Both the position numbers and the translations under genes were made by a program. A stretch of DNA of 64,000 nt from an uncultured bacterium (GTDB lineage: Bacteria > Edwardsbacteria > AC1 > EtOH8). Positions 9,983 through 19,007 of the stretch are shown here, piece after piece. Every line of letters starts with the position of its first letter. Position 1 is the first letter of the stretch. The notes under the pieces are model-generated. The model did no database searches. It saw only the letters and a program-made list of their open reading frames with translations, and had not been told where the DNA came from. The DNA lies in assembly GCA_964588285.1 (NCBI GenBank), contig CAZPNX010000010.1:21319-85318 (forward strand), in the 5' to 3' direction.

Positions 9983-10726
9983 CTATTGAAGCCGCTTCTG
10001 GAGATAGTCCTGGCACTCCCTCAGTTCGTCCTGGGTGTTTATTCCCAACACCTCCCGGCTGTCGGTGACGACCACCGCCGCCACCGGCAGCCCCTTTGCC
10101 TTCATGATGCCGATGACATCGGTCAGATAGTATTCGCCCTGGTCGTTGTCCGGACGCACCCGCCGCAGGGCCTCAAGCAGAATCCGATTGTCGAAACAGT
10201 AGATGGCCGGATTGATCTCCTTCACCTCAAGTTCCTCGGGGGTGGCGTCCCTGGCCTCCACAATTCTGGACACCAGGCCCTGGCGGTCGCGGATCACCCG
10301 CCCGTAACTGCCCGGATCCTCTATGACCGTGGTCAGCATGGTGCAGGCGTTGCCCTGTGACTGGTGCTGGGCGATAAGCGAAACGATGGTCTTGGGATTT
10401 ATTAGCGGCACGTCGCCGTAGAGCACCAGCAGGTCTCCATCGAAATCCCGCAGCAACGGCTCGGCCTGCATCACCGCGTGACCCGTCCCCTTCTGCTCCG
10501 CCTGGAGGACGAAGTCCGCACTTCTCCCGGCCAGGGCCTGGCGCACCTTGTCCGCCTGGTGGCCGATGACCACCATCGGCCTTGCCATCCCCGCCCTTTG
10601 GGCCGCCTCCACCACGTAGTCCACCAGCGGCCGGCCTGCCAGCAGATGTAGCACCTTGGCCAGGTCCGACTTCATCCTAGTGCCGGCTCCGGCGGCCAGT
10701 ATCAGGCAGCGGACCTCACGCCTCAT
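9983..10726 (-). CDS. GlmU-like sugar-phosphate nucleotidyltransferase (uridyltransferase domain only)
   Basis: The 247 aa product begins ILAAGAGTRMKS and contains LHLLAGRPLV, EQKGTGHAV and LVLYGDVPLI. It lacks the left-handed beta-helix acetyltransferase domain. Confidence 0.7.
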   Translation of the reverse strand: MRREVRCLILAAGAGTRMKSDLAKVLHLLAGRPLVDYVVEAAQRAGMARPMVVIGHQADKVRQALAGRSADFVLQAEQKGTGHAVMQAEPLLRDFDGDLLVLYGDVPLINPKTIVSLIAQHQSQGNACTMLTTVIEDPGSYGRVIRDRQGLVSRIVEARDATPEELEVKEINPAIYCFDNRILLEALRRVRPDNDQGEYYLTDVIGIMKAKGLPVAAVVVTDSREVLGINTQDELRECQDYLQKRLQ

Positions 10727-11085
10727 AGCTTGGTTCTCTTGGCGATCCGGTTCCTCTCGTCCACGCAGACTACCTTGGGACGGTACTTACGGATGGTCTC
10801 GGTGTCCACATAGCAGGTGGAGAGAATGATGACCTTGTCCCCGGGCATGCCCAGACGGGCGGCCGCGCCGTTTAGGGACACGGTCCCGGAACCGGCTTTG
10901 GCCCTGATGGCATAGGTCTCGAACCGGGCTCCGTTGTTGACGTTGACCACCTGAACCATCTCGTTGGGCAGGATGTCGGCCGCCTTCAGCAGCTTCTCGT
11001 CGATGGCGATGGAGCCCTGATAGTGCAGGTGGACCCCGGTGATGGTGGCTCGGTGTATTTTCGATTTGCAGAGGTTGCGCAGCAT
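10723..11085 (-). CDS. panD: aspartate 1-decarboxylase
   Basis: The 120 aa product begins MLRNLCKSKIHRATIT and contains the YQGSIAID pyruvoyl-processing site. Confidence 0.9.
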   Translation of the reverse strand: MLRNLCKSKIHRATITGVHLHYQGSIAIDEKLLKAADILPNEMVQVVNVNNGARFETYAIRAKAGSGTVSLNGAAARLGMPGDKVIILSTCYVDTETIRKYRPKVVCVDERNRIAKRTKL

Positions 11086-11102
11086 GGCCCTCCTTATCTT
11101 TA

Positions 11103-11834
11103 TTAGGAATTATCGGCCCACATCTTCCTTTTCTCGTACCCTATGTAAACATAGCTGGTACGCCCGTCGACCGAGCCTCCCAGCACCACCCGCCCGTAGT
11201 CGCGCTCCTGCTGCCCCAGCCTCAGATGCAGGCCGGCGGTGTGGGGCACCGGCCTGCGACATTCGAAAGCGTATTCCACCGACCAGCGCCTAGAGATATC
11301 GACTGCCAGCCCGGCTGAAAAATTGCCCAGCACCCAGTTGTTCTGTCCCTCCCAGTGGGGCCCGTCTTCCCGGACTTCGCCTCTGGGGACGTTGACTTCC
11401 AGCATTCCGAAGCCCGTCCGAAGATTAAGCCCGAAGCTCTCGCCGAGTTTTAAGCAGTACGAAATTGATGCTTCCGCACAGAACGCGTAGGTGGCCACGT
11501 CGAACATGGTGGTATGGGTGAAGCCCTGCCTCCGGGTGACCGTGTCCTTGAGAAAATGCACGGTGCAGTCTCCGTCCAGTCCCAGCACCAGGGCCAGCGG
11601 TCCCTCCGATTCTGGAAGATACCAGAGTTCGAAGCCGGTCCCCATGCCAAAGAAATCGCCTCTTTTTAAGATGCTCTGGTCCTTGAAGCGGACCGTGGCT
11701 GGGAAGGGCGCCAAGCGGAAGCTCCAGTTGAACCAGTAGCCCGATCGGTTCCTACATTCGTCGCCGACGGCCGCCGCGCACAGAAATGCGGCCAGCAACA
11801 TAACCCTCATCCATTCGTTAATCACGCGGGCCAC
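11103..11834 (-). CDS. hypothetical secreted protein, possibly an outer-membrane beta-barrel
   Basis: The 243 aa product has an N-terminal signal-like segment (MRVMLLAAFLCAAAVG) and alternating aromatic/hydrophobic beta-strand-like pattern. It is inserted between panC and panD. Confidence 0.45.
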   Translation of the reverse strand: MARVINEWMRVMLLAAFLCAAAVGDECRNRSGYWFNWSFRLAPFPATVRFKDQSILKRGDFFGMGTGFELWYLPESEGPLALVLGLDGDCTVHFLKDTVTRRQGFTHTTMFDVATYAFCAEASISYCLKLGESFGLNLRTGFGMLEVNVPRGEVREDGPHWEGQNNWVLGNFSAGLAVDISRRWSVEYAFECRRPVPHTAGLHLRLGQQERDYGRVVLGGSVDGRTSYVYIGYEKRKMWADNS

Positions 11835-11846
11835 GAAATGCCCCCC

Positions 11847-12689
11847 CTAAAGTAGGATGTTGTCTATCAGCCTAGCGCTTGGAAACCTCACCGCCAGCGC
11901 CACCAAGGCTCTCCCGGATATCTTTCCCACCGGATTCAGTGTTTCGTTATCTACTATTTCTATATAGTCAATCTTCCCCAGCGGCGCCTCCCGCACCAGC
12001 AGCTTGCCCATCTCTCTTTTCACTTTTCCCGCCCCCCTCTCCCCGTTCCTTGCCATCCTTTTGGCCAGCTGCAGGGCCCGGTATAGCGCCGCCGCCTGTT
12101 TCCTTTCCTCCGGGCTGAGATAGGCATTGCGGGAGCTCATGGCCAGCCCGTCGGGCTCACGGACTATGGGGCCTATTACAATATTTACCGGTAAGTCGAG
12201 ATCCTTGACCATTCGTTTTATGACCGCCGCCTGCTGGGCGTCCTTCTGTCCGAAGACGGCCACCTCCGGCCCGACCATGTTGAACAGCTTGCAGACGACG
12301 GTGGCCACCCCCCGGAAATGTCCGGGCCTACAAGCCCCGCACAAACCATTGGTCAGCCGCTCGACGGTGACATTGGTCGAAAAACCGTCCGGATAAACCT
12401 CTTTGACTTGGGGAGCGAATACCAGGTCGGCACCGGCTCTTTGGCATTTCTTGGCGTCGCCTCTCAGATCACGCGGATATTTGGCCAAATCCTCATTGGG
12501 TCCGAACTGGGCCGGATTGACAAAGATCGAGACGACAACGAAATCGCTCTTTCGCTTGGCCAGCTTGATAAGCGACAAATGCCCCTGATGCAGCGCCCCC
12601 ATGGTGGGCACCAAGCCGATGCGCCGTCCCCGGCGTCGCTGGGCGGCCACGGCGGTCCGAAGGCTCTTGACGGTACGTATTATCCTCAT
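11847..12689 (-). CDS. panC: pantoate--beta-alanine ligase
   Basis: Residues PTMGALHQGHLSLIK contain the HIGH-like motif, together with VVSIFVNPAQFGPNED. I took the start at the internal ATG (CAT at 12687-12689) of ORF 11847..12746. Confidence 0.9.
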   Translation of the reverse strand: MRIIRTVKSLRTAVAAQRRRGRRIGLVPTMGALHQGHLSLIKLAKRKSDFVVVSIFVNPAQFGPNEDLAKYPRDLRGDAKKCQRAGADLVFAPQVKEVYPDGFSTNVTVERLTNGLCGACRPGHFRGVATVVCKLFNMVGPEVAVFGQKDAQQAAVIKRMVKDLDLPVNIVIGPIVREPDGLAMSSRNAYLSPEERKQAAALYRALQLAKRMARNGERGAGKVKREMGKLLVREAPLGKIDYIEIVDNETLNPVGKISGRALVALAVRFPSARLIDNILL

Positions 12690-12839
12690 GCCTCTATCCA
12701 AGCCCCCGTCGTTGCGGGGTCCTATTCCTGCCTGACGATGAAGCAATCCGGGAGCTTGGGTCGGAGCATGATCGCTTCGATCGGCCTAACCCCACTTTTC
12801 CACTTCCCTCGAGGGGAGGGATCGGGGTTGGGACGCAGG

Positions 12840-13649
12840 TCACTCGTCGGAGAAACTCTCCTCCAGCGTCGGAAAGTTCCCCTTCCTGACATCCTCGATG
12901 TACCCTTTGTAGGCCTTTTTCATCTCCCCGGCCACGTCGGCGTAGCGGCGGACGAACTTGGGAACGAAATCCTCGAAACGTCCCTCGACGTCGTCCACCA
13001 CCAGTATCTGGCCGTTGCAGTGGGGACCGGCTCCGATGCCGATGGTCGGTATCTTCAGGGCCTCGGTTACCCGCTTGGCCACCTGGTAGGGTATCTTCTC
13101 CAGCACGATGGCAAAACATCCGGCCGCCTCCAGCGCCCTGGCGGCCGCCATCAGCCTCTCGGCCGATTCCTTGTCCCGGGCTTGGAGCTGATAGCCCCCG
13201 AACTTGTGTATGGACTGAGGCGTCAGGCCCAGATGGCCCATCACCGGGATGCCCCGCTCCACCAGATTCTTGACGATGGGCGCCGCCACCCGGCCGCCCT
13301 CCAGCTTGACGGCCTCGGCCCCGGACTCCTTGAGAAGCCTTCCGGCGTTATAGGTGGCGTCGGCGATGGAGGTCTGGTACGAGAGGAACGGCATATCGGC
13401 CACCACCATGGCCCGCTTCACCCCCCGTTTGACCGCGGCCGTGTGATAGAGCATGTCCTCCATGCGGATGGGCAGGGTGTTCTCGTATCCGGCGAAGACC
13501 ATGGCCACCGAATCGCCCACCAGAATCAGGTCGATGCCGGCCTGGTCCAGTAGCCGGGCGGTCAGGAAATCGTAGGCCGTCAGACAGGCGATGCGCTCGC
13601 CCTTCTGCTTCATCCGCATCAGGGTCTTGGTGGTCACCTTCTGGTCCAT
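12840..13649 (-). CDS. panB: 3-methyl-2-oxobutanoate hydroxymethyltransferase
   Basis: The 269 aa product contains CLTAYDFLTARLLDQAGIDLILVGDS, GHLGLTPQS and KLEGG, which are KPHMT signatures. Confidence 0.92.
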   Translation of the reverse strand: MDQKVTTKTLMRMKQKGERIACLTAYDFLTARLLDQAGIDLILVGDSVAMVFAGYENTLPIRMEDMLYHTAAVKRGVKRAMVVADMPFLSYQTSIADATYNAGRLLKESGAEAVKLEGGRVAAPIVKNLVERGIPVMGHLGLTPQSIHKFGGYQLQARDKESAERLMAAARALEAAGCFAIVLEKIPYQVAKRVTEALKIPTIGIGAGPHCNGQILVVDDVEGRFEDFVPKFVRRYADVAGEMKKAYKGYIEDVRKGNFPTLEESFSDE

Positions 13650-13740
13650 GTCCCCTCTGTTAACGGATTCTTCGGTAATCGCTTAGGTCGAAGCAAGGAT
13701 ACCACGACAGAGCCGCCGAAATCAAGGGCGGGCCTTCGCT

Positions 13741-14868
13741 TCAGCGCGGCTCCGATCCCCAGGCCACCCCCAGCGGGAGGAAGGCGGTGTTTACGCCGAC
13801 CACCAGCTCATGCCCCCAGGAGGCGATGATGCCCGGGCTGAATCTCCCCAGCCTCAGCACGCCGGGATAGAGGTTGAGCCTGGCTCGGTTGTGCGGCAGG
13901 CCGCTGACCATCAGCGAGGCCAGCAGGGAGTTGTCGCGGTCGTAGAACAGCCCGGCGCTCCAGCTCAGCCTGGCGGCATAGGCCTCCCCCGGGCCCTCCT
14001 GCACCGCCGCCTCCAGGTTCTCCACCATCAGCCCGGCGGCGGCCGACCAGGCCCGGCCGTCGGGAAGCCGCCGGCTCAAGCCGGCCATGCCGTGCAGCCC
14101 GTAGTGGGCCATCAGGCTCCAGGACCGGTCGGCCCTGAGGGGATAGCGCATGACGTAGAACTGGCCCATGTTCTCCAGGTCCCCGGTGCGGGCGTTGTAG
14201 CAGGGCTGCTGGGACCACTCGGCCAGGCCCAATCTTTGGGAGAAAAAACGGCAGACCCGGTCCGAGGAGAACAGCAGGATGCCGGCCGGGTTGAAGACGT
14301 ATATGTCGGCGATCGGGTCCAAGGTCGGGCCCTCGGTCTCGCCGTTCTCCACCACCTCGGTGGTCAGGTGATAGGCGGCCATGGTGGCCAGCGACCATAG
14401 CCGGGGGTGCGGAAAACCGTGGAACTGGAACCATTCGGCCGTGGCCCGGTAGTGCATCCCCGCTCCGATCCCGTGCAGGAAATAGTTAGGGACGAACTGC
14501 TCTCGGTTCCGGTCCATCGGGTCGGCCGGGAAGAGCTCGTTGGCCAGGAACTTGTCCCAGCCCACCGTCTCGACTGTCCGCAGGGGATTCCCGATGCTGG
14601 CCCAGGAGTTCCGCCACCACCGGCGGTAGGGCGCCTCGAAGATCCTCCGGTCGCCGGCCCGGCTGGGAACCTGCCAGATACCATAGCCTCCGTTGATGAC
14701 AACCGTGCCCGGATTGTAGACAGCCTGGGTTCCGTAGTCCAGACCCTTGTAAAAGAACAGCAACGAGGTGTCGGGCCGGCCGCTGGCTAGCGCTGCCATC
14801 GGGAAAACCAGCAGGGCCGGCAACAAATACTTTGACCCATGGCCTAGCCTAACCGCAGCGGTCTTCAT
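13741..14868 (-). CDS. hypothetical secreted protein (375 aa), last gene of the Fd-AOR-SagB operon
   Basis: The N-terminal signal peptide is LLPALLVFPMAALASG. Its start overlaps the SagB-type gene stop by 4 nt (ATGA at 14865-14868). I recognised no family. Confidence 0.55.
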   Translation of the reverse strand: MKTAAVRLGHGSKYLLPALLVFPMAALASGRPDTSLLFFYKGLDYGTQAVYNPGTVVINGGYGIWQVPSRAGDRRIFEAPYRRWWRNSWASIGNPLRTVETVGWDKFLANELFPADPMDRNREQFVPNYFLHGIGAGMHYRATAEWFQFHGFPHPRLWSLATMAAYHLTTEVVENGETEGPTLDPIADIYVFNPAGILLFSSDRVCRFFSQRLGLAEWSQQPCYNARTGDLENMGQFYVMRYPLRADRSWSLMAHYGLHGMAGLSRRLPDGRAWSAAAGLMVENLEAAVQEGPGEAYAARLSWSAGLFYDRDNSLLASLMVSGLPHNRARLNLYPGVLRLGRFSPGIIASWGHELVVGVNTAFLPLGVAWGSEPR

Positions 14869-15557
14869 TTAACAGGATGGCCAAGCGGGATGAGGTAGAG
14901 CGGAACCTCCTCAGGCGGCAGTGATAAAACCGTCTTAACCGCGGCCTCATCGAAGGCGCCCACCATCACCGAGCCCAATCCCAAGGCGGCGGCTTGCAGG
15001 GACACGTTTTGTCCGATGTGCCCGGCCTCCATGTCGGTGTAGCGCACGGAACGGTCGCCGTAGCGGGGCCTGATCCTTCCATAATCGGCGGCCAGGCCGA
15101 TGACGGCCGGGGCCATGGCGACGCAGTCCTGCCCCAGGGCCGCCTTCGACAATCCCTGCCTCAAGTCTGCCGATATCTTTTTACGCAGCAGATGGCCCGC
15201 ACTAGAATACTGGTAGAGGCCAGGGTCCAACCCCTCCACCCGACCGGCCACCAGGTATAGTGATATCGGGTAGCAGGCCCCGGCCGAGGGAGCGGCCCGC
15301 AGGCCCCTCTTGGGCTCGGTGATCCCCTGGGCCGCCCACAGAAGCTGGGAGACATGGGCCAGGGTCAAAGGCTTATCCGAAAAATTTCTTATCGACCTTC
15401 TGCCGGCGATGGCCTTCTCTATAGAGATCGAGCCATCGGTCGTCGGCTTCGGCAGTTTTGCTGTTTTGATAGCCACCATATCCTCCGTTTTCCCAATAAC
15501 CGCCCCAGCAGCCGCCAACATCAGCCAGGTTGATAACAACGTCGACCAACGAATCAT
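14865..15557 (-). CDS. SagB/ThcOx-type dehydrogenase (nitroreductase superfamily) with an N-terminal membrane anchor or signal
   Basis: SagB-type motifs are present: RRSIRNF, HVSQLLWAAQG, RAAPSAGACYP and LYQYSSAGHLL. I placed the start at the internal ATG (CAT 15555-15557) of ORF 14865..15980, which overlaps the AOR stop (ATGA). The N-terminal stretch MIRWSTLLSTWLMLAAAGAVIG is hydrophobic. Confidence 0.8.
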   Translation of the reverse strand: MIRWSTLLSTWLMLAAAGAVIGKTEDMVAIKTAKLPKPTTDGSISIEKAIAGRRSIRNFSDKPLTLAHVSQLLWAAQGITEPKRGLRAAPSAGACYPISLYLVAGRVEGLDPGLYQYSSAGHLLRKKISADLRQGLSKAALGQDCVAMAPAVIGLAADYGRIRPRYGDRSVRYTDMEAGHIGQNVSLQAAALGLGSVMVGAFDEAAVKTVLSLPPEEVPLYLIPLGHPVK

Positions 15558-17317
15558 GGTTTCAGTCCCAGTTCCCTGCGGTAGGCCTTTGCTGCTTCGG
15601 CCATGTAGCCGCGGTCGATGGCCCCGCCCGGAGCCGGCGTCTGGTAGATGCGATCGGGAAGGGCCTCGGGCCTGGGATCGAAGCCCTCCCGCACCTTGAA
15701 GGCGTACTTGTTTCTCAGGACCTTCCTGCCCAACTCCTTGAGCTGGTCGGCCCCGAGCTCGTAGCCGCATGTTTTCAGGGCCCGGGCGACGGTCTCGGCC
15801 GGATAAAGCCCCCGGGAGAAGAAGCAGAGAACCAGGCTGGAGAGGACCTGCCGCCACTCCTCCTCGGCCGCCAGGGACGAGGCCAGTTTCTCCGGCGGCA
15901 CCGGCTCCTTGCCCAGGTTCTTCTGATCCACGCTGTAGCCGGCATTGTCCAGATGGCTGTGCCTGGCGCCGAAAAGACATCCGAGATGTGCCCCGGGTCC
16001 GGTGTGGTAGCCCGGCATCTCGTTCCCCCCGAAGGCCAGGGCGAACTCTTTCCCCCCGTACCTCTCCGAGGCGGCCGCCACCCCGCGGCCCAGAATTTTG
16101 TAGAACTCGTTGCTCCGGGATACTATGCGGCCGATGGCCTGCCGATAGGCGGCGACGTCGCCCCAGGCCATTTTGACGCCGTCGGTCTCCGATTCGCCTA
16201 TCAGCTTTTTCTCGAAGGCCTCGGTGGCCCAGGCCAGGGCCACTCCGGCGCTCATCGAGTCCAGCCCCACCTTCTCCACCGTGTCCAGCAGCTTGAGCAG
16301 ACCGGCGGGATCGAAAACACCCAGCATGGTTCCCAGGGAATAGGTGGGCTCGTAGTCATAGGAGATCATCGAGGTCTTGTAGAAAAAGGCCTCCCTCTCG
16401 TACGGCTCCCGCAGGGCGGCGATGTGGATGCAGCCCACCGGACAATGGGTGCAGGCCAGGCGCCGGCCCAAATATCCCTCGGCCATTTTCTCCCCGGATA
16501 TGGCATCGGCCCTGTCGTCGCTGGCCGAAGCCAGGTTCCTTAAAGGTAGAGCGCCGATCTTATTAAGAGGTCGCAGGTTCTCCGGGGTTCCCAGGTCGTG
16601 GTACTTTTTCATGGCCGGTGACTCCACCGCCGCCCGGTGGATCTCCTCGTAGAGTTCCCGGTACTCCTTGAGGTCGGCCACCGGCAGGGCCCGCTGGCCC
16701 GAGACCACCACCGCCTTCAGCCTCTTGGCGCCGAAGACCGCCCCCAGTCCCAGGCGTCCGAAGTGACGGTAGGACTCGGTGGTCACCGCCGAGTAGGTGA
16801 CCAGGTTCTCCCCGGCCCGCCCGATGCGCATGATGCTGCGCAGGCCTGGCCCTGGCTCGTTTTCCCTGATGACCCGTCCGACAGTGAAAGAGCTGCCCAT
16901 GCCCCACAGGGCTCTGGCGTCGCGGTAGTACACCTTGTCGCCATGGACCGCCAGGTATCCGGGCTTATCGTTGCCCCCCAAAATGACCAGGGCCCCATAG
17001 CCCGCCATCCTCAAGGCCACCGAGCTCCGCCCTCCGGCATGGCTCTCCCCCAGGTTGCCGGTATGCGGCGACTTGAACATGGCCACCGTCTTCGAGGCCA
17101 GCGGGAAGAGGCCGCACAGCGGCCCGGTGGCCAGGATGATCGGGTTTTGCGGCGACAGGGGGTCGGTGCCCTGGGGACAGTTCTCCTCTAAGAGCTTGAT
17201 GGCCGTGCCGGCCCCGCCTAGATATTTGTCGAAAAGATCCTCCCTCCTCTCCACCCAGTGCTTGCGCTTGGAGAGGTCGACATAGAGTACTTTGGCCAGG
17301 GTGTCCTTATCCAGCAT
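15554..17317 (-). CDS. aldehyde:ferredoxin oxidoreductase family tungsto-/molybdopterin enzyme
   Basis: The 587 aa product has an AOR N-terminal domain (LYVDLSKRKHWVE...LGGAGTAIKLL), pterin-binding segments and Cys residues for the [4Fe-4S] cluster (ACTHCPVGCIHI). Confidence 0.88.
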   Translation of the reverse strand: MLDKDTLAKVLYVDLSKRKHWVERREDLFDKYLGGAGTAIKLLEENCPQGTDPLSPQNPIILATGPLCGLFPLASKTVAMFKSPHTGNLGESHAGGRSSVALRMAGYGALVILGGNDKPGYLAVHGDKVYYRDARALWGMGSSFTVGRVIRENEPGPGLRSIMRIGRAGENLVTYSAVTTESYRHFGRLGLGAVFGAKRLKAVVVSGQRALPVADLKEYRELYEEIHRAAVESPAMKKYHDLGTPENLRPLNKIGALPLRNLASASDDRADAISGEKMAEGYLGRRLACTHCPVGCIHIAALREPYEREAFFYKTSMISYDYEPTYSLGTMLGVFDPAGLLKLLDTVEKVGLDSMSAGVALAWATEAFEKKLIGESETDGVKMAWGDVAAYRQAIGRIVSRSNEFYKILGRGVAAASERYGGKEFALAFGGNEMPGYHTGPGAHLGCLFGARHSHLDNAGYSVDQKNLGKEPVPPEKLASSLAAEEEWRQVLSSLVLCFFSRGLYPAETVARALKTCGYELGADQLKELGRKVLRNKYAFKVREGFDPRPEALPDRIYQTPAPGGAIDRGYMAEAAKAYRRELGLKP

Positions 17318-17318
17318 C

Positions 17319-17714
17319 TCAGTCGCCCTCCATGGACAGCACCTCGTGGGGGCAGTGCTTGGCGCAGGAGCCGCAATGGACGCAGATCAATGGCTTCTGG
17401 GCCTCCTCGTCCCAGAATACCGCCCCCATGGGGCAGGCGTCCCGGCAGTGCCCGCAGCCGGTACATTTCTCCGGATTGAGCAGCACTCCGCCTCCCCGGC
17501 GCAGGGCCAGGGCGTCGTTGGGGCAGACCGCGGCACAGGGCGGATCGGCGCAGGCCCGGCAGACCACGGCCACGAAGCCGCGCTCCATGCCCCCGGCCGA
17601 GCGGACCGCTATACGGTTGGCGCCCAGCCCGGGCCGGCCGTGATGGCGTGAGCAGGCGAACATGCACACCTGACAGCCCACGCATCGGTCGGTGTCGACG
17701 ACGTTTAAACGCAT
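17319..17714 (-). CDS. 4Fe-4S dicluster (multi-cluster) ferredoxin
   Basis: The 131 aa product has several CxxCxxC(x)nCP motifs: CVGCQVCMFAC, CRACADPPCAAVCP, CTGCGHCRDACP and CVHCGSCAKHCP. Its stop is 1 nt before the AOR start. Confidence 0.82.
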   Translation of the reverse strand: MRLNVVDTDRCVGCQVCMFACSRHHGRPGLGANRIAVRSAGGMERGFVAVVCRACADPPCAAVCPNDALALRRGGGVLLNPEKCTGCGHCRDACPMGAVFWDEEAQKPLICVHCGSCAKHCPHEVLSMEGD

Positions 17715-17819
17715 AATTTTCCCTGATTATTCTTGCCCGCAAAAAACGCGAATTGAAGCCAAAAGGATTCTAGTTCGCCCGTTTAAGCGTGTTTCGCAGG
17801 TTGTATAATAATCTTTCCT

Positions 17820-18920
17820 TCACTTGGCCGGGGCCGGCTCGCAGATCTCCCCCTCCCTTTTGAGCTCGGCCGCCCGCTTCATTTCGGCCCGGGTCATGAA
17901 ACCCACCGCAATGAAGATGAACACCAGGGCCGCCCAGTCCTCGGCTTTGGGATATTTGCCCCCAAAAAGGAGGGCAAAGAGCAGGGTGGCCAAGGTGCCG
18001 GCCACCAGGGAGGTCAGCCGGTTGGACAGGCCGGCAAAGGTGGCCGTCCGCCCCTTGAACATGAAGATGAACACCGAAAAGAAGGCCACCACCCCGAATA
18101 TACCTCCGGCCAACACCTCCATCGGCCAATATCCCGTGGCCGACAGATAGCCGCGGTGAACGGCCGCCAGTATTTTGCCGGCGTTGGACGGCAACAGCAT
18201 CAGTATGGCCAGAACGGCCAGCAGGCTCACCGAAGCCGCCACTTGTTCCACGGCAAAGAACGCCTTGTTGTCCTGCTTGCAGCCCTTGCCACGGGTGTTC
18301 TTGTAGTAATTCATAATGTAGATGCGGATGAAGTAGGCCAGCAGGTAGCTTCCCAGCACCAGCATGGCCAGGGTATTTTTTACGAGGTCGCTTCCTCCGG
18401 CCTCCTTGACGAAGAACAACTGCAGGCCCACGGCGGCGATGGCGAACAGAACCGCCACCTCCTCCTCCCAGTAGACCTTCTTGTGAAGAATGCCCTGCTT
18501 GATTTGAATGGCGTCGATGATGCGGGAAAAGATGATCACCGAGCCCCGCATGATGAGCATGGCCACCATTACCGAGCGCAGCAGCACATAGAGCAGGGTG
18601 GTGGTGGGAATGACCACCGCGGTGCAGATGCCGGAGGGAATGATGTAGAGGTACTCGGCCGGAAAGCGCAGCACGCCCCAGGTTACCATTTTGGTCGACT
18701 CCATCCTGGCCCAACGGAATACCGAGACCACCGCCAGACACACCAGGCTGCCCCCCAGGGTGCTGTAGACCAGGTATTCCCAGTTGTCCACCCCCGGCAA
18801 GCCGCGGGATGCCGGACCGGTGTAGTACTTGGTGGCCACGCTGTAGATGACGTAGGTAAAAAGGTAGGCCAGACACAGTTCCACTAAGCGCCCGGTGCTG
18901 CCCTCTTTGCTCTTGAACAT
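17820..18920 (-). CDS. hypothetical polytopic membrane protein (about 10 TM)
   Basis: The 366 aa product has a hydropathy pattern of about 10 helices. I recognised no family motif. Confidence 0.55.
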   Translation of the reverse strand: MFKSKEGSTGRLVELCLAYLFTYVIYSVATKYYTGPASRGLPGVDNWEYLVYSTLGGSLVCLAVVSVFRWARMESTKMVTWGVLRFPAEYLYIIPSGICTAVVIPTTTLLYVLLRSVMVAMLIMRGSVIIFSRIIDAIQIKQGILHKKVYWEEEVAVLFAIAAVGLQLFFVKEAGGSDLVKNTLAMLVLGSYLLAYFIRIYIMNYYKNTRGKGCKQDNKAFFAVEQVAASVSLLAVLAILMLLPSNAGKILAAVHRGYLSATGYWPMEVLAGGIFGVVAFFSVFIFMFKGRTATFAGLSNRLTSLVAGTLATLLFALLFGGKYPKAEDWAALVFIFIAVGFMTRAEMKRAAELKREGEICEPAPAK

Positions 18921-19007
18921 ATCGGGACCCTATTCTTATAGTCGATTTTTTGAAAGAGTGCTCGGTCTGTATTTTTCGGCTTTTTTTCTCTCTCTGCGGT
19001 TTTTTCT

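Noticed and set aside
12318-13553. 411-aa plus-strand ORF
   Set aside because: It is antisense to panB and panC, which carry unmistakable motifs. The ORF is low-complexity and G/R/P-rich, as expected from high-G+C antisense frames. The same reasoning applies to the other long plus-strand ORFs (7949..9121, 15530..16543, 22625..23941, 35955..38039 alternative frame, 37310..38635, 45595..46332).
15558-15980. Long N-terminal extensions of ORFs 14865..15980, 28507..29646, 59659..61362, 62186..63544, 39775..40737 and 938..1504
   Set aside because: The extensions are Arg/Gly/Pro-rich and overlap the 3' ends of well-supported upstream genes. Internal ATGs give canonical N-termini and classic 4-nt overlaps, so the extensions are not coding.
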